The notes below the pieces were generated by a model. That model saw only the letters and a program-made list of their open reading frames with translations, was not told the origin of the DNA and did no database searches. The translations under genes and the position numbers were made by a program. From Patescibacteria group bacterium (GTDB lineage: Bacteria; Patescibacteriota; Minisyncoccia; UBA6257; 2-01-FULL-56-20), in NCBI GenBank assembly GCA_038057515.1, contig JBBUDB010000017.1, positions 1 through 44,522 of the forward strand: 44,522 bases of DNA, read 5' to 3'. Numbering within the stretch: the stretch's first letter is position 1; each line of letters starts with the position of its first letter. Positions 27,189-35,053 of this stretch are shown here, one piece after another.

Positions 27189-27216
27189 TTTACTCTTGGC
27201 CACATTGGCTTATAAT
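27189..27216 (+). promoter_or_regulatory. candidate promoter, leaderless geometry
   Basis: TTTACT (27189-27194), 16 nt, TATAAT (27211-27216), then 10 nt to the ATG at 27227. Confidence 0.4.
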
Positions 27217-27226
27217 CTCAAGCATT

Positions 27227-27928
27227 ATGAAGGCGGTACTTCTCGTCGGTGGGCAAGGGACCCGGCTTCGGCCGGTGACCTACGAAATCCCAAAGCCGCT
27301 TATCACGGTGGGGAAAAAACCGATCGTGAACCATGCCATCGAATTTCTTGACCGGCACGGTATCGATGAGGTCGGCCTGCTCGCCGCTCGCGGCCACGCG
27401 GACGACTTCCGGAGGTGGCGGAAGGGCTGGGCGGATGAGTTGCCCGCGGTGAAGATTAACATGTTCTATGAGGAGTCGCCACGCGGCACCTTCGGCGGCT
27501 TTGAGGTGCTCCGCGAGTGGCTCGGTAACGAAACATTTGTCGTTTCGAATGGCGATGATCTCAAAGATTTCGATCTCACGGCGATGATCGTTGCGCATCG
27601 CAAAAGCGGCGCCGTGGCGACCGTGGCTCTGATGCGCGTGCCCGACCCGGAGAATTTCGGCGTACCCCTTATGGAGGGGAATCGCATCGTTCGTTTTTTG
27701 GAAAAACCGTCCAAGCCGCCGTCGGATTTCGTGAACGGCGGTCTCTACGTGATGGAGCCGGCGGTTTTTGACTACGTTGATTTTAAGAAGCCCACCGTGA
27801 TGATCGAGCGCGACCTTTTCCCGGCGCTTGCCGAGGGGGGTTTGCTCTACGGTTTTCGCGGCGAAGGCGCCCGGTGTTTCGATTGCGGCACGCTTGAGCG
27901 TTGGGAACGGGCGATGAACGAGTGGTAA
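27227..27928 (+). CDS. sugar-1-phosphate nucleotidyltransferase (HddC/ManC-like)
   Basis: MKAVLLVGGQGTRLRPVTYEIPKPL signature, FLEKP, GLYV. Confidence 0.75.
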   Translation: MKAVLLVGGQGTRLRPVTYEIPKPLITVGKKPIVNHAIEFLDRHGIDEVGLLAARGHADDFRRWRKGWADELPAVKINMFYEESPRGTFGGFEVLREWLGNETFVVSNGDDLKDFDLTAMIVAHRKSGAVATVALMRVPDPENFGVPLMEGNRIVRFLEKPSKPPSDFVNGGLYVMEPAVFDYVDFKKPTVMIERDLFPALAEGGLLYGFRGEGARCFDCGTLERWERAMNEW

Positions 27929-27958
27929 AAAATGACCATTTAGTTTTTAAAAACACCA

Positions 27959-27989
27959 ACACCGCAACGGGATAGTTCCGTTGCGGTGT
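27959..27989 (-). terminator. 12-bp hairpin terminator between convergent genes
   Basis: ACACCGCAACGG-GATAGTT-CCGTTGCGGTGT. On the minus strand it is followed by TGGTGTTTTTAAAAA. Confidence 0.6.
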
Positions 27990-28022
27990 GAAATTCGGCG
28001 CGCCGGCGATGGGCGCCTACGA

Positions 28023-28868
28023 TCAGATGGGCATGTTCCCCGAGAGACACCGGAGGGCCGCCTCGTGGACGAGGCCGTTCGAGAAGATCAGGTTCGCGAA
28101 GTTCGCGAACGACCACGGCTGGCCGTAGACACCGGTCACTTTTCCGCCCGCCTCCTCGGTCATCAGGATGCCGTGGATATTGTCCACGGGTTTCGTGTTG
28201 CCCATGGCGAGGCAGAGCTCTGCCGAAAGCTTCTGGTTGTTGCTCCCGGCGAGACGCGTGAATGAGATGGCGCACGACATGTTGTTGCGCTTGCGCCTCA
28301 CGGCGTCCCACAGACGCCGAAACTCGTTCGAGGCCCCGGTGAACTGCGGTGGCCCCTCGAAGAAGGCGAAGCTTTGGTCGAGACGGTCGACCTTGGACAC
28401 GCGGAGCTTCTTCCAGATGCCTCGGACGCGTTGCCAGGCGCCCTGGCCGCGGATGGCGAGATAGAGGCCGTCGCCGCAGACCTCTTCCTGCCAGGGAACG
28501 AGGATGACCGTTGCGGCGAGCTTCCTGTTGGAGATCGCGGTCAGCATGCACCCGAAGGTGCCGAGACCGACGGCCTCGTTGTGGGTGCCGTCCAACGGGT
28601 CGAAGACCAGGCAATTCGGGGTCTTCGGCGGCCAGACGTACGCTTGTTCCTCGCTCACGATGGCGTGAGAGGGGAAGCGGCGCTTGGTCATCTTGAGGAA
28701 CGCCTCCTGGACGGCGATATCGAGTTCGCCGACCTTTTCGCCTCCTTCCTTTTCGGTGAGTTCGCCGTTCCTGAACTTCGGATCGGTGAAAGTGGGTTGC
28801 GCCACGTCATCAAAGAAAGCGATGAGCGCACGCTCTTCGCCGCTAAGTTCCGGCTCGAGAGAAGACAT
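28023..28868 (-). CDS. IMPase/FBPase-family sugar-(bis)phosphate phosphatase
   Basis: SEEQ...VFDPLDGTHNE motif. The ATG at 28868 is preceded by AAGGAG at good spacing. The listed ORF extends to 28940. Confidence 0.7.
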   Translation of the reverse strand: MSSLEPELSGEERALIAFFDDVAQPTFTDPKFRNGELTEKEGGEKVGELDIAVQEAFLKMTKRRFPSHAIVSEEQAYVWPPKTPNCLVFDPLDGTHNEAVGLGTFGCMLTAISNRKLAATVILVPWQEEVCGDGLYLAIRGQGAWQRVRGIWKKLRVSKVDRLDQSFAFFEGPPQFTGASNEFRRLWDAVRRKRNNMSCAISFTRLAGSNNQKLSAELCLAMGNTKPVDNIHGILMTEEAGGKVTGVYGQPWSFANFANLIFSNGLVHEAALRCLSGNMPI

Positions 28869-28966
28869 CGATCGTTCTCCTTGGTTAGTGCCCTGTGACA
28901 AATCCGAAAAAACAATCCGGTAGCTATGAGTACAATGCAAGATAATCTTAAGATAGTCAAGTTCCG

Positions 28967-28995
28967 TTGCGTGATTTCCGCGCGGGGACGATAAT
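28967..28995 (+). promoter_or_regulatory. candidate promoter for the second nucleotidyltransferase
   Basis: TTGCGT (28967-28972), 17 nt, GATAAT (28990-28995), then 13 nt to the ATG at 29009. Confidence 0.4.
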
Positions 28996-29008
28996 AAATC
29001 AATTACGC

Positions 29009-29707
29009 ATGAAGGCCATCATCCTTGCCGGCGGTCGGGGCACGCGCCTCCGACCGGTCACTTATGAGATTCCGAAGCCGCTCGTGCCGGTCAAAAAGCG
29101 GCCGATCGTTAATCACCTCATCGAGTTTTTCCGCCGCCACGGCGTTGAGGATATCGGTATTCTGGCGAGTCGGGACCACGAAGAAGATTTTCGGCGCTGG
29201 CAGAAAGTTTGGGATGACGAAGTGGTCAAGGGGATAACGATGTTCCACGAAGAAACCCCGCGCGGCACTTTCGGCGGGTTGGAGCCGCTCCGCGAGTGGC
29301 TGGGCGGCGAGCGTTTTATTCTCTCGAATGGCGATGAGCTCAAAGATTTCGACCTCGCGGCGATGGAAAGATTCCACGGCGCCCAGGGAGGTACGGGCAC
29401 GATCGCGCTGGTTGAGGTGCCGAATCCATCGGAATATGGCGTGCCCGTTATGGATGGCCACCACATCAAACAATTTTTGGAAAAACCAAAAGAGCCACCG
29501 TCCAATTTCATCTCCTCGGGGCTTTATATGCTCGAACCAGAGGTCTTTAAACACGCTGACTTCAGCCAACCGATCGTCATGATCGAGCACGACATCTTTC
29601 CAAAACTAGCCGCCGAGGGTAAGCTCTATGGATTCAAGCCGCCGAATGCTCGTTGGTATGATTGCGGCACACTCGAACGCTGGGAGCGGGCGATCAAAGA
29701 GTGGTAA
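29009..29707 (+). CDS. sugar-1-phosphate nucleotidyltransferase, paralogue of 27227-27928
   Basis: MKAIILAGGRGTRLRPVTYEIPKPL. Collinear with the first copy along the whole length, roughly 60% identical by eye. Confidence 0.75.
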   Translation: MKAIILAGGRGTRLRPVTYEIPKPLVPVKKRPIVNHLIEFFRRHGVEDIGILASRDHEEDFRRWQKVWDDEVVKGITMFHEETPRGTFGGLEPLREWLGGERFILSNGDELKDFDLAAMERFHGAQGGTGTIALVEVPNPSEYGVPVMDGHHIKQFLEKPKEPPSNFISSGLYMLEPEVFKHADFSQPIVMIEHDIFPKLAAEGKLYGFKPPNARWYDCGTLERWERAIKEW

Positions 29708-29717
29708 AAATTAGTTC

Positions 29718-29745
29718 CTAGCTGACTAGTGACTAGCTTACCTAG
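29718..29745. repeat. CTAG-rich intergenic motif with tandem TGACTAG x2
   Basis: Four CTAGs in 28 nt. TGACTAGTGACTAG lies at 29723-29736, between convergent stops. It shares AGTGACTAG / GCTAGTCAC with the groES-groEL spacer. Confidence 0.7.
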
Positions 29746-30661
29746 CCGATTTCACCGTGCTTCTGATTCCGTCGGCAAGTTTTATTTTCGGCGTCCAGCC
29801 GAGAACGCGCTTGGCGCGGCGCGCATCAAGCGAGATGCGGTAGACCTCGCCTTTGCGATAAGGAGCGTAGCGCGCTTTTTGCTTGAAGCCGACATGGCGG
29901 GCGACGGCCGCGAAGATCTCGTCGTCGGTTACGAGGCGCCCCGTGCCGAGGTTCATGGTTTCGCCATTACCCTTCCGGAGGCCGAGGACGTTCGCGCGCA
30001 CGACATCGGCGACGTGGAGATAGTCGCGCGCCTTCGTGCCGTCGCCGAAGATTGTCGGCCGTTTCCCTTCGGCGAGAGCCAGGCGGAAGATGGCGACCAC
30101 GCCGGCTTCGCCCTTCGGATTTTGGCGCGGGCCGTAGATATTGGTGTAGCGAAAAATAACGTAGTCGAAGTCAAACTCGCGGGCATAGAAACGAATGGCG
30201 TGCTCGGCCAGAAGTTTCGAGAGGCCGTAAGGCGAGAGCGGGTCGGGCGGTGTCGTCTCGGCGGCCGGGACTTTCTTCGGTTCGCCGTAGATCGCCCCGC
30301 CGGTCGAAGCGAAGATAAAACGGCGATGTTTACCCCGGCCGAATTCGCCGAAAGCGAGCAAAAGGTTGATGGTCCCGAGGAGATTGCCGTCGAAGGTCGC
30401 GAGCGGTGCGCGCAGGGACTCGACGACCGAAACAAGCGCGGCATGATGGTTGACGACCTCGGGCCGCTCTTTTTTCATAATCCGTTGCATGGCCGCGAGG
30501 TCGCGCACGTCGGCCTTATAAAATTTCGCTTTTGGATTCAGATTGCGGCGGTTGCCGGTCGTAAGGTTGTCGATAACGGCAACACGGTGACCCGCAGCCA
30601 CGTAGGCGTCCACGATGTGGCTTCCAATAAATCCAGCTCCACCAGTAACTAATACTTTCAT
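29738..30661 (-). CDS. NAD-dependent sugar-nucleotide 4-epimerase (GalE family)
   Basis: MKVLVTGGAGFIGSHIV, SPYGLSKL (YxxxK). Confidence 0.75.
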   Translation of the reverse strand: MKVLVTGGAGFIGSHIVDAYVAAGHRVAVIDNLTTGNRRNLNPKAKFYKADVRDLAAMQRIMKKERPEVVNHHAALVSVVESLRAPLATFDGNLLGTINLLLAFGEFGRGKHRRFIFASTGGAIYGEPKKVPAAETTPPDPLSPYGLSKLLAEHAIRFYAREFDFDYVIFRYTNIYGPRQNPKGEAGVVAIFRLALAEGKRPTIFGDGTKARDYLHVADVVRANVLGLRKGNGETMNLGTGRLVTDDEIFAAVARHVGFKQKARYAPYRKGEVYRISLDARRAKRVLGWTPKIKLADGIRSTVKSAR

Positions 30662-30704
30662 AAACGTGTTTTTAAGAATTTTCGACCGAATCCAGTTGGT
30701 TAAT

Positions 30705-32054
30705 TTATTTTTGATTGATGAAAAACGACTTCAGGGTCTTTAAGATTATGGCAACATCCATGATAAGCGAACGATTCTTGAGATAGTATAGATCGTATTC
30801 AAGTTTACGGTAGGCGTCGTCAACGGAGGCGCCGTAGCGGTAGTTGATCTGCGCCCAGCCGGTGATGCCCGGTTTCACGAGATGGCGGATGTCGTAGTAG
30901 GGGACCTCGCCCTCGATCACTTTCACGAATTCCGGTCGTTCGGGCCGTGGCCCGACGAACGACAGTTCGTTCCGCAGGATGTTAACGAGTTGAGGCAGTT
31001 CATCGAGGTGTGAGGCGCGGAGGAATTTGCCGAAGAACGTCGTGCGCTCATCTTTCGCCCGCGTCCAGGCCGCGCCGTTCGTTTCTGCGGAGCCGTCCGC
31101 GGCGAGCGCTTTCATGCTACGGAATTTATAGAGTGTGAATGACTTCGTTCCCTTGCCGATGCGTGTTTGGCGATAGATGACCGGTCCCGGCGAAGAGATC
31201 TTGACGCCGAGCGCTATCAAAAGCTCTATCGGCAGAAGTACGAGCCCCAGGCATAGCGCCGCCAGAAATTCCCCGGCGCGCTTCAGGTCGTCGTAAAAAT
31301 CGTGCCGGCCGAGATGGTGATCGACGAACCACGACTCATCGATGTCGGCGAGCGGAATCTTTCGGAGGACCATCTCGTAGAATGCCGGCAGGTCGAGGAT
31401 CTCAATGCCGGTGGTGAGCAGTTCATAGAGTGCCCGGCGGGTTGTGGCGTCGTGTTTGAGCTTCGCGGGCACGACGACCAGGTTCACGGCGTGCCGCCCG
31501 ACGAGTTCCTGGATCTCGCTTGCGAGACCCCCCTCCCAGCCGCGCTCCGGCCAGGCAACGACGGTGTAACCGAGATGGGGGTTCTTGAGTTCCGCGTTAA
31601 TCTCTCCGGCGCGCGGACTACGGTCGAGGAGGAGAATATTCACGAGACCGTCGCGGAAGCTTAGTCGCATGTTGAATGAATGCCGCCACCAGGCCTCGAT
31701 GGTGACGAGAATGACGATAAAGAGGAAAAGGTTGGTTTTCGGCGCGATGCCGAATGCGGGAACAAGATAGAACAGGGCGACGGTAATGAGGACATTAACC
31801 GCCAGGGCGAGCGATAGCGTTTTCGCGAAATCAATGTTATTTCGCAGGCGGCGCGGATCGTAGAGACCGGCGACGTAGAAGACCAAAAGCCATATTAAGA
31901 AGATGAAAGTGAACGGCCGAAAATGATTCAAAACGAATTGGTTGGCGAAGTCGTTCCCATAGCGGAGGTATAGGGCGGCGGCGAGAGCCGCGTAGAGCGC
32001 GATGATGTCGCCGACGACGAGAATCGAAATACGAGTGCGTTGCGAAAGTTTCAT
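30705..32054 (-). CDS. polyprenyl-phosphate glycosyl-1-phosphate transferase (WbaP/bacterial sugar transferase)
   Basis: N-terminal TM bundle. C-terminal PGPVIYRQTRIGK...YKFRSM...DELPQLVNILRNELSFVGPRPERPEF. Confidence 0.85.
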   Translation of the reverse strand: MKLSQRTRISILVVGDIIALYAALAAALYLRYGNDFANQFVLNHFRPFTFIFLIWLLVFYVAGLYDPRRLRNNIDFAKTLSLALAVNVLITVALFYLVPAFGIAPKTNLFLFIVILVTIEAWWRHSFNMRLSFRDGLVNILLLDRSPRAGEINAELKNPHLGYTVVAWPERGWEGGLASEIQELVGRHAVNLVVVPAKLKHDATTRRALYELLTTGIEILDLPAFYEMVLRKIPLADIDESWFVDHHLGRHDFYDDLKRAGEFLAALCLGLVLLPIELLIALGVKISSPGPVIYRQTRIGKGTKSFTLYKFRSMKALAADGSAETNGAAWTRAKDERTTFFGKFLRASHLDELPQLVNILRNELSFVGPRPERPEFVKVIEGEVPYYDIRHLVKPGITGWAQINYRYGASVDDAYRKLEYDLYYLKNRSLIMDVAIILKTLKSFFINQK

Positions 32055-32800
32055 GAGTGGTGGCCGGGCCGAACGTCCCGCGAGGCGGTGGTGAACGGTT
32101 TCCCCGAAAAGAGGACCCAGAGATAGTTTGCCGCGTAGCGGAGCCCTATGGCAAGCACGCCCTCTTCCGCGAGCCGGCGGCCGGACGAGAGCATCGGCAG
32201 GCCGAATGTGAACTTCACGGGGCCGAGGCGGGAAAGACGACGGGCGATGTCGGTATCCTCGCCGTAGAAATCAATGGTCGTGTCGAAGCCACCGGCCCGT
32301 TCCAGGGCCTCTCTCCGCAGGACGAAGTTGCCGCCCTGCACGAGGGAGCCGCTCCGGAACACGAAGCGGGCGAGAAGATAGAAAAAAAACCCGAACCCGT
32401 AAAACAATTTAACGAGGAATCGTATACCGGGCGAGAGATCGTGGTAGATGAGAGGACCAGAAATACACACGAGGCGAGGATGGCGCTCAAACTCCCGGAA
32501 TACCCGCTCGATCCAGCCGGGAGTAAGCATGGCATCGGCGTCGACGTTCGCAATGAGCTCACCCGTCGCTTCCCGGAAGCCCCGCGCCCGCGCCCAGACG
32601 ATGCCTTTGTGTGATTCGGCGACGACCCGAACGCCCGGATACCGCCGGGCCACTTCTGCGGTCCGGTCGGTGGAATCGTTGTCAACGACGATAATCTCAA
32701 CATCGTGCCTTTCTCCGTCAAGCTCCCGCATTATCGACTCAAGGCAGGCGCCCAGGTGGTGCTCCTCGTTATAGGCCGGAATGACGAAAGAAAGTTTCAT
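32051..32800 (-). CDS. family 2 glycosyltransferase
   Basis: LSFVIPAYNEEHHL...VVDNDSTDRT...DADA. Confidence 0.75.
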   Translation of the reverse strand: MKLSFVIPAYNEEHHLGACLESIMRELDGERHDVEIIVVDNDSTDRTAEVARRYPGVRVVAESHKGIVWARARGFREATGELIANVDADAMLTPGWIERVFREFERHPRLVCISGPLIYHDLSPGIRFLVKLFYGFGFFFYLLARFVFRSGSLVQGGNFVLRREALERAGGFDTTIDFYGEDTDIARRLSRLGPVKFTFGLPMLSSGRRLAEEGVLAIGLRYAANYLWVLFSGKPFTTASRDVRPGHHS

Positions 32801-32804
32801 GGCG

Positions 32805-33536
32805 TTAGCGCACTTGGGACCACTCCTTGTGATAGGAGCGATTGAAAAACTTCACAAAGAAGGCATTGAGGAACCATTCGAGGAGAAGCCGTGGCCAGCC
32901 GATCTGGTGTGCTCGGCGGCCGGTGTGATATACCGTGAGCAATCGTTCGAAAAACGTCCGACCGCGCTTCGCGAGCCGAACAAACATTTCGTTGTCCTCG
33001 GCGACGGCCAGATGTTCGCGATAGCCGCCGAGTTCGTGAAAAATGCTCGCGCGGATCATTTGGAATTCGCCCGAGCCGCTACCGGTGTGGGTGACGTTGT
33101 TGTTGAACCAATGGGTAAGGTTCACGAAGCCGAAACACAACCGGTCGGCGAGCGTGGCTTCTTCGGGGAAAACGCGAAGTTTGACGGTCAGAGCCACAAT
33201 CGTAGGGTCGCCCATGAATCGGCCGAGGGCGACCCCGAAGAAGGCGTCGGGATTGGGAACAACCACGTCGGCGTCCACGAACACGAGATACTCTCCCCTT
33301 GCCCCCGAGGCGCCGCGGTTCTTGCCCCGGGCGATTCCCCGGGGAAGCTCCTCCGGACGTTGCGCGATTCGGGCGAATTTTTCGGCGATCGCCTGGGTGC
33401 CATCGGTCGAGCCGTCGTCCGCGACAATGACTTCGTAGGGATACGCCGTGAGGTGATCGGTAAAGGCCCGAAGCGTTTTCTCGATGGTTTTCACTTCATT
33501 GAGCGTCGGCACGACGATGGAAAGAATGGGCTTCAT
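32805..33536 (-). CDS. family 2 glycosyltransferase (short, polyprenol-phosphate glycosyltransferase-like)
   Basis: LSIVVPTLNEVKTI...VADDGSTDGT...VDADV. Confidence 0.7.
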   Translation of the reverse strand: MKPILSIVVPTLNEVKTIEKTLRAFTDHLTAYPYEVIVADDGSTDGTQAIAEKFARIAQRPEELPRGIARGKNRGASGARGEYLVFVDADVVVPNPDAFFGVALGRFMGDPTIVALTVKLRVFPEEATLADRLCFGFVNLTHWFNNNVTHTGSGSGEFQMIRASIFHELGGYREHLAVAEDNEMFVRLAKRGRTFFERLLTVYHTGRRAHQIGWPRLLLEWFLNAFFVKFFNRSYHKEWSQVR

Positions 33537-33545
33537 GGGCGTCGG

Positions 33546-34139
33546 TTAAAAGGCATTTCTCAGATCGCGTTTGCGGAGCGCCCGGCTCACGCCGGCGATC
33601 GCCGCGATGACGATGACGACGAAAGCCGCGATTGCCGCCACGCGGAGACCTTCGTTCACCACGAGGTACAATTTGCCGAAGAAGTAGCCGACGCTCATCA
33701 GGATGCCGGTCCAGGCCATCTGGCCGACGGCATTGAAAATGAGATACTTCCGGAAGGGAATGCGCACCGCGCCGGCGGTGATGAGAATAACGAGCGCGAA
33801 ACCGAGCCCCATGGTGATCTTTGAGAGAAACAAGACCTTGTTCTGGTGGCGATGAAATGCCGCCGCCGTTTTTTCGAAGAGTTCTTCTGAGATGTTCACC
33901 CAGTGGCCGTATTTGAGGATGAGCGCTCGGCCGCCCCAGTAGCCGACCGCGTACCAGATGACGTCGGCGAGGAGATCGCCGACCATGAGGGTGATGTAGA
34001 GCGGCCAGAAGCTGAAGTAGCCGAGTTTGAGAAGGAATCCGCCGAGCGTCATCACGATCGGCCCCTCAAGAACCGCGAGGGGAAAGACGATCGGGTAGCG
34101 GTACTGGATAAGCCAAGTAGCGATGGTTTCGAGGGTCAT
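33546..34139 (-). CDS. DedA family membrane protein
   Basis: About 197 aa with 4-5 hydrophobic segments. The layout ...GGFLLKLGYF...GYWGGRALILKYG is typical of DedA/SNARE-associated proteins. Confidence 0.65.
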   Translation of the reverse strand: MTLETIATWLIQYRYPIVFPLAVLEGPIVMTLGGFLLKLGYFSFWPLYITLMVGDLLADVIWYAVGYWGGRALILKYGHWVNISEELFEKTAAAFHRHQNKVLFLSKITMGLGFALVILITAGAVRIPFRKYLIFNAVGQMAWTGILMSVGYFFGKLYLVVNEGLRVAAIAAFVVIVIAAIAGVSRALRKRDLRNAF

Positions 34140-34196
34140 CCGTCTTCGGGGGGTCGGCCCCCGTATCTACTCATTGTACCCCGCCCGGGAATCATT

Positions 34197-34205
34197 TGAT
34201 ATACT
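34197..34205 (+). promoter_or_regulatory. candidate extended -10 promoter
   Basis: TGaTATACT, 15 nt before the ATG at 34221. Divergent from dedA. Confidence 0.3.
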
Positions 34206-34220
34206 GGGGATACTGTTTCC

Positions 34221-34886
34221 ATGAAGTGGTTTTTCTCGCGTCATGTCGGTTTTTGGACGAGGCGTCGGCTCGGTTCCTTCGGTCTCAGTTTCGCTCTTCT
34301 CGTGCTCAGCTTACTCGTGCAGATGAGCGCCGGAGCGGCCTCGGCCCGGAGGGCGCTCTCCTCAAGCGCGGTACACGACATCATCCTCGACAATATTCCG
34401 GTCGTCGATCTTAGCTTCGTGATCGTCCAGGGCGCGCTGATCTTTGCCCTGGGGTTTATCGCCACTGGGATCATTCGGCCCCGATACCTCATTTTCGGCA
34501 TGAAAGCGACCGCCCTCCTCGTTCTCACCAGGGCCGTCTTCATTAATCTCACGAACCTGGGCATCCACCCGAACGAACTCTTCCTGGGCGCGATGGCGTC
34601 GGCGAGCTATTCGCTTTACCAGCTGGTTGATTTTCCCGGCAATTATTTTTTCTCCGGGCACACTGCCTTGCCGCTTCTCGCGGCGCTCATCGTTTGGCAA
34701 GAACGCCCTTGGCGCCTGGCGTTCCTCGCGGCGAGCGTTTTCTTCGGAGCCAGCGTGCTTTTGGCTCATATCCACTATTCCATCGACGTCTTCGCCGCGC
34801 CCTTCATCGCTTATGGGGTGTACCGGGTCGCCGCCAAGCTTTTCCCGGCCGATTACGCGCTCGCGGTCGAAGAAGCGGCGGTTTGA
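34221..34886 (+). CDS. PAP2-superfamily membrane phosphatase-like protein
   Basis: Polytopic. SGHTALP and HIHYSIDV (HxxxD) resemble PAP2 C2/C3 motifs. Confidence 0.55.
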   Translation: MKWFFSRHVGFWTRRRLGSFGLSFALLVLSLLVQMSAGAASARRALSSSAVHDIILDNIPVVDLSFVIVQGALIFALGFIATGIIRPRYLIFGMKATALLVLTRAVFINLTNLGIHPNELFLGAMASASYSLYQLVDFPGNYFFSGHTALPLLAALIVWQERPWRLAFLAASVFFGASVLLAHIHYSIDVFAAPFIAYGVYRVAAKLFPADYALAVEEAAV

Positions 34887-35014
34887 CCCGGTAGCACAAC
34901 GGCGATACCTAAGAAGACGAGCATTTAGGGTGTCCGGGAAACGAAGAGCACTCTGGTCTTCTCTCGCATTGGCAAGGATTTCTTGTCTATTTTGTCGCCG
35001 TTGTGCTACCGGGT
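34886..35014. repeat. inverted-repeat element, copy 1 (20-bp arms, 89-nt interior)
   Basis: ACCCGGTAGCACAACGGCGA (34886-34905) is the exact reverse complement of 34995-35014. It starts at the stop codon of the PAP2 gene and ends at the -35 box of the next promoter. TTTGA flanks both sides. Confidence 0.85.
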
Positions 35015-35044
35015 TTGACATCCGAAAAACGTGACTGGTAGAAT
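35015..35044 (+). promoter_or_regulatory. candidate promoter, leaderless geometry
   Basis: TTGACA (35015-35020), 18 nt, TGgTAGAAT (-10 at 35039-35044), then 9 nt to the ATG at 35054. Confidence 0.5.
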
Positions 35045-35053
35045 GGACGGACT

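Noticed and set aside
29729-30652. A 307-aa plus-strand ORF mirroring the GalE-like gene.
   Set aside because: The minus-strand frame carries GGAGFIGSH and YxxxK motifs. The plus-strand product is arginine- and alanine-rich with no motif, so it is a shadow ORF.
32781-33824. A 347-aa plus-strand ORF across the GT2 and DedA genes.
   Set aside because: It spans two clearly recognisable minus-strand genes and their junction, and has no motifs. It is a shadow ORF.
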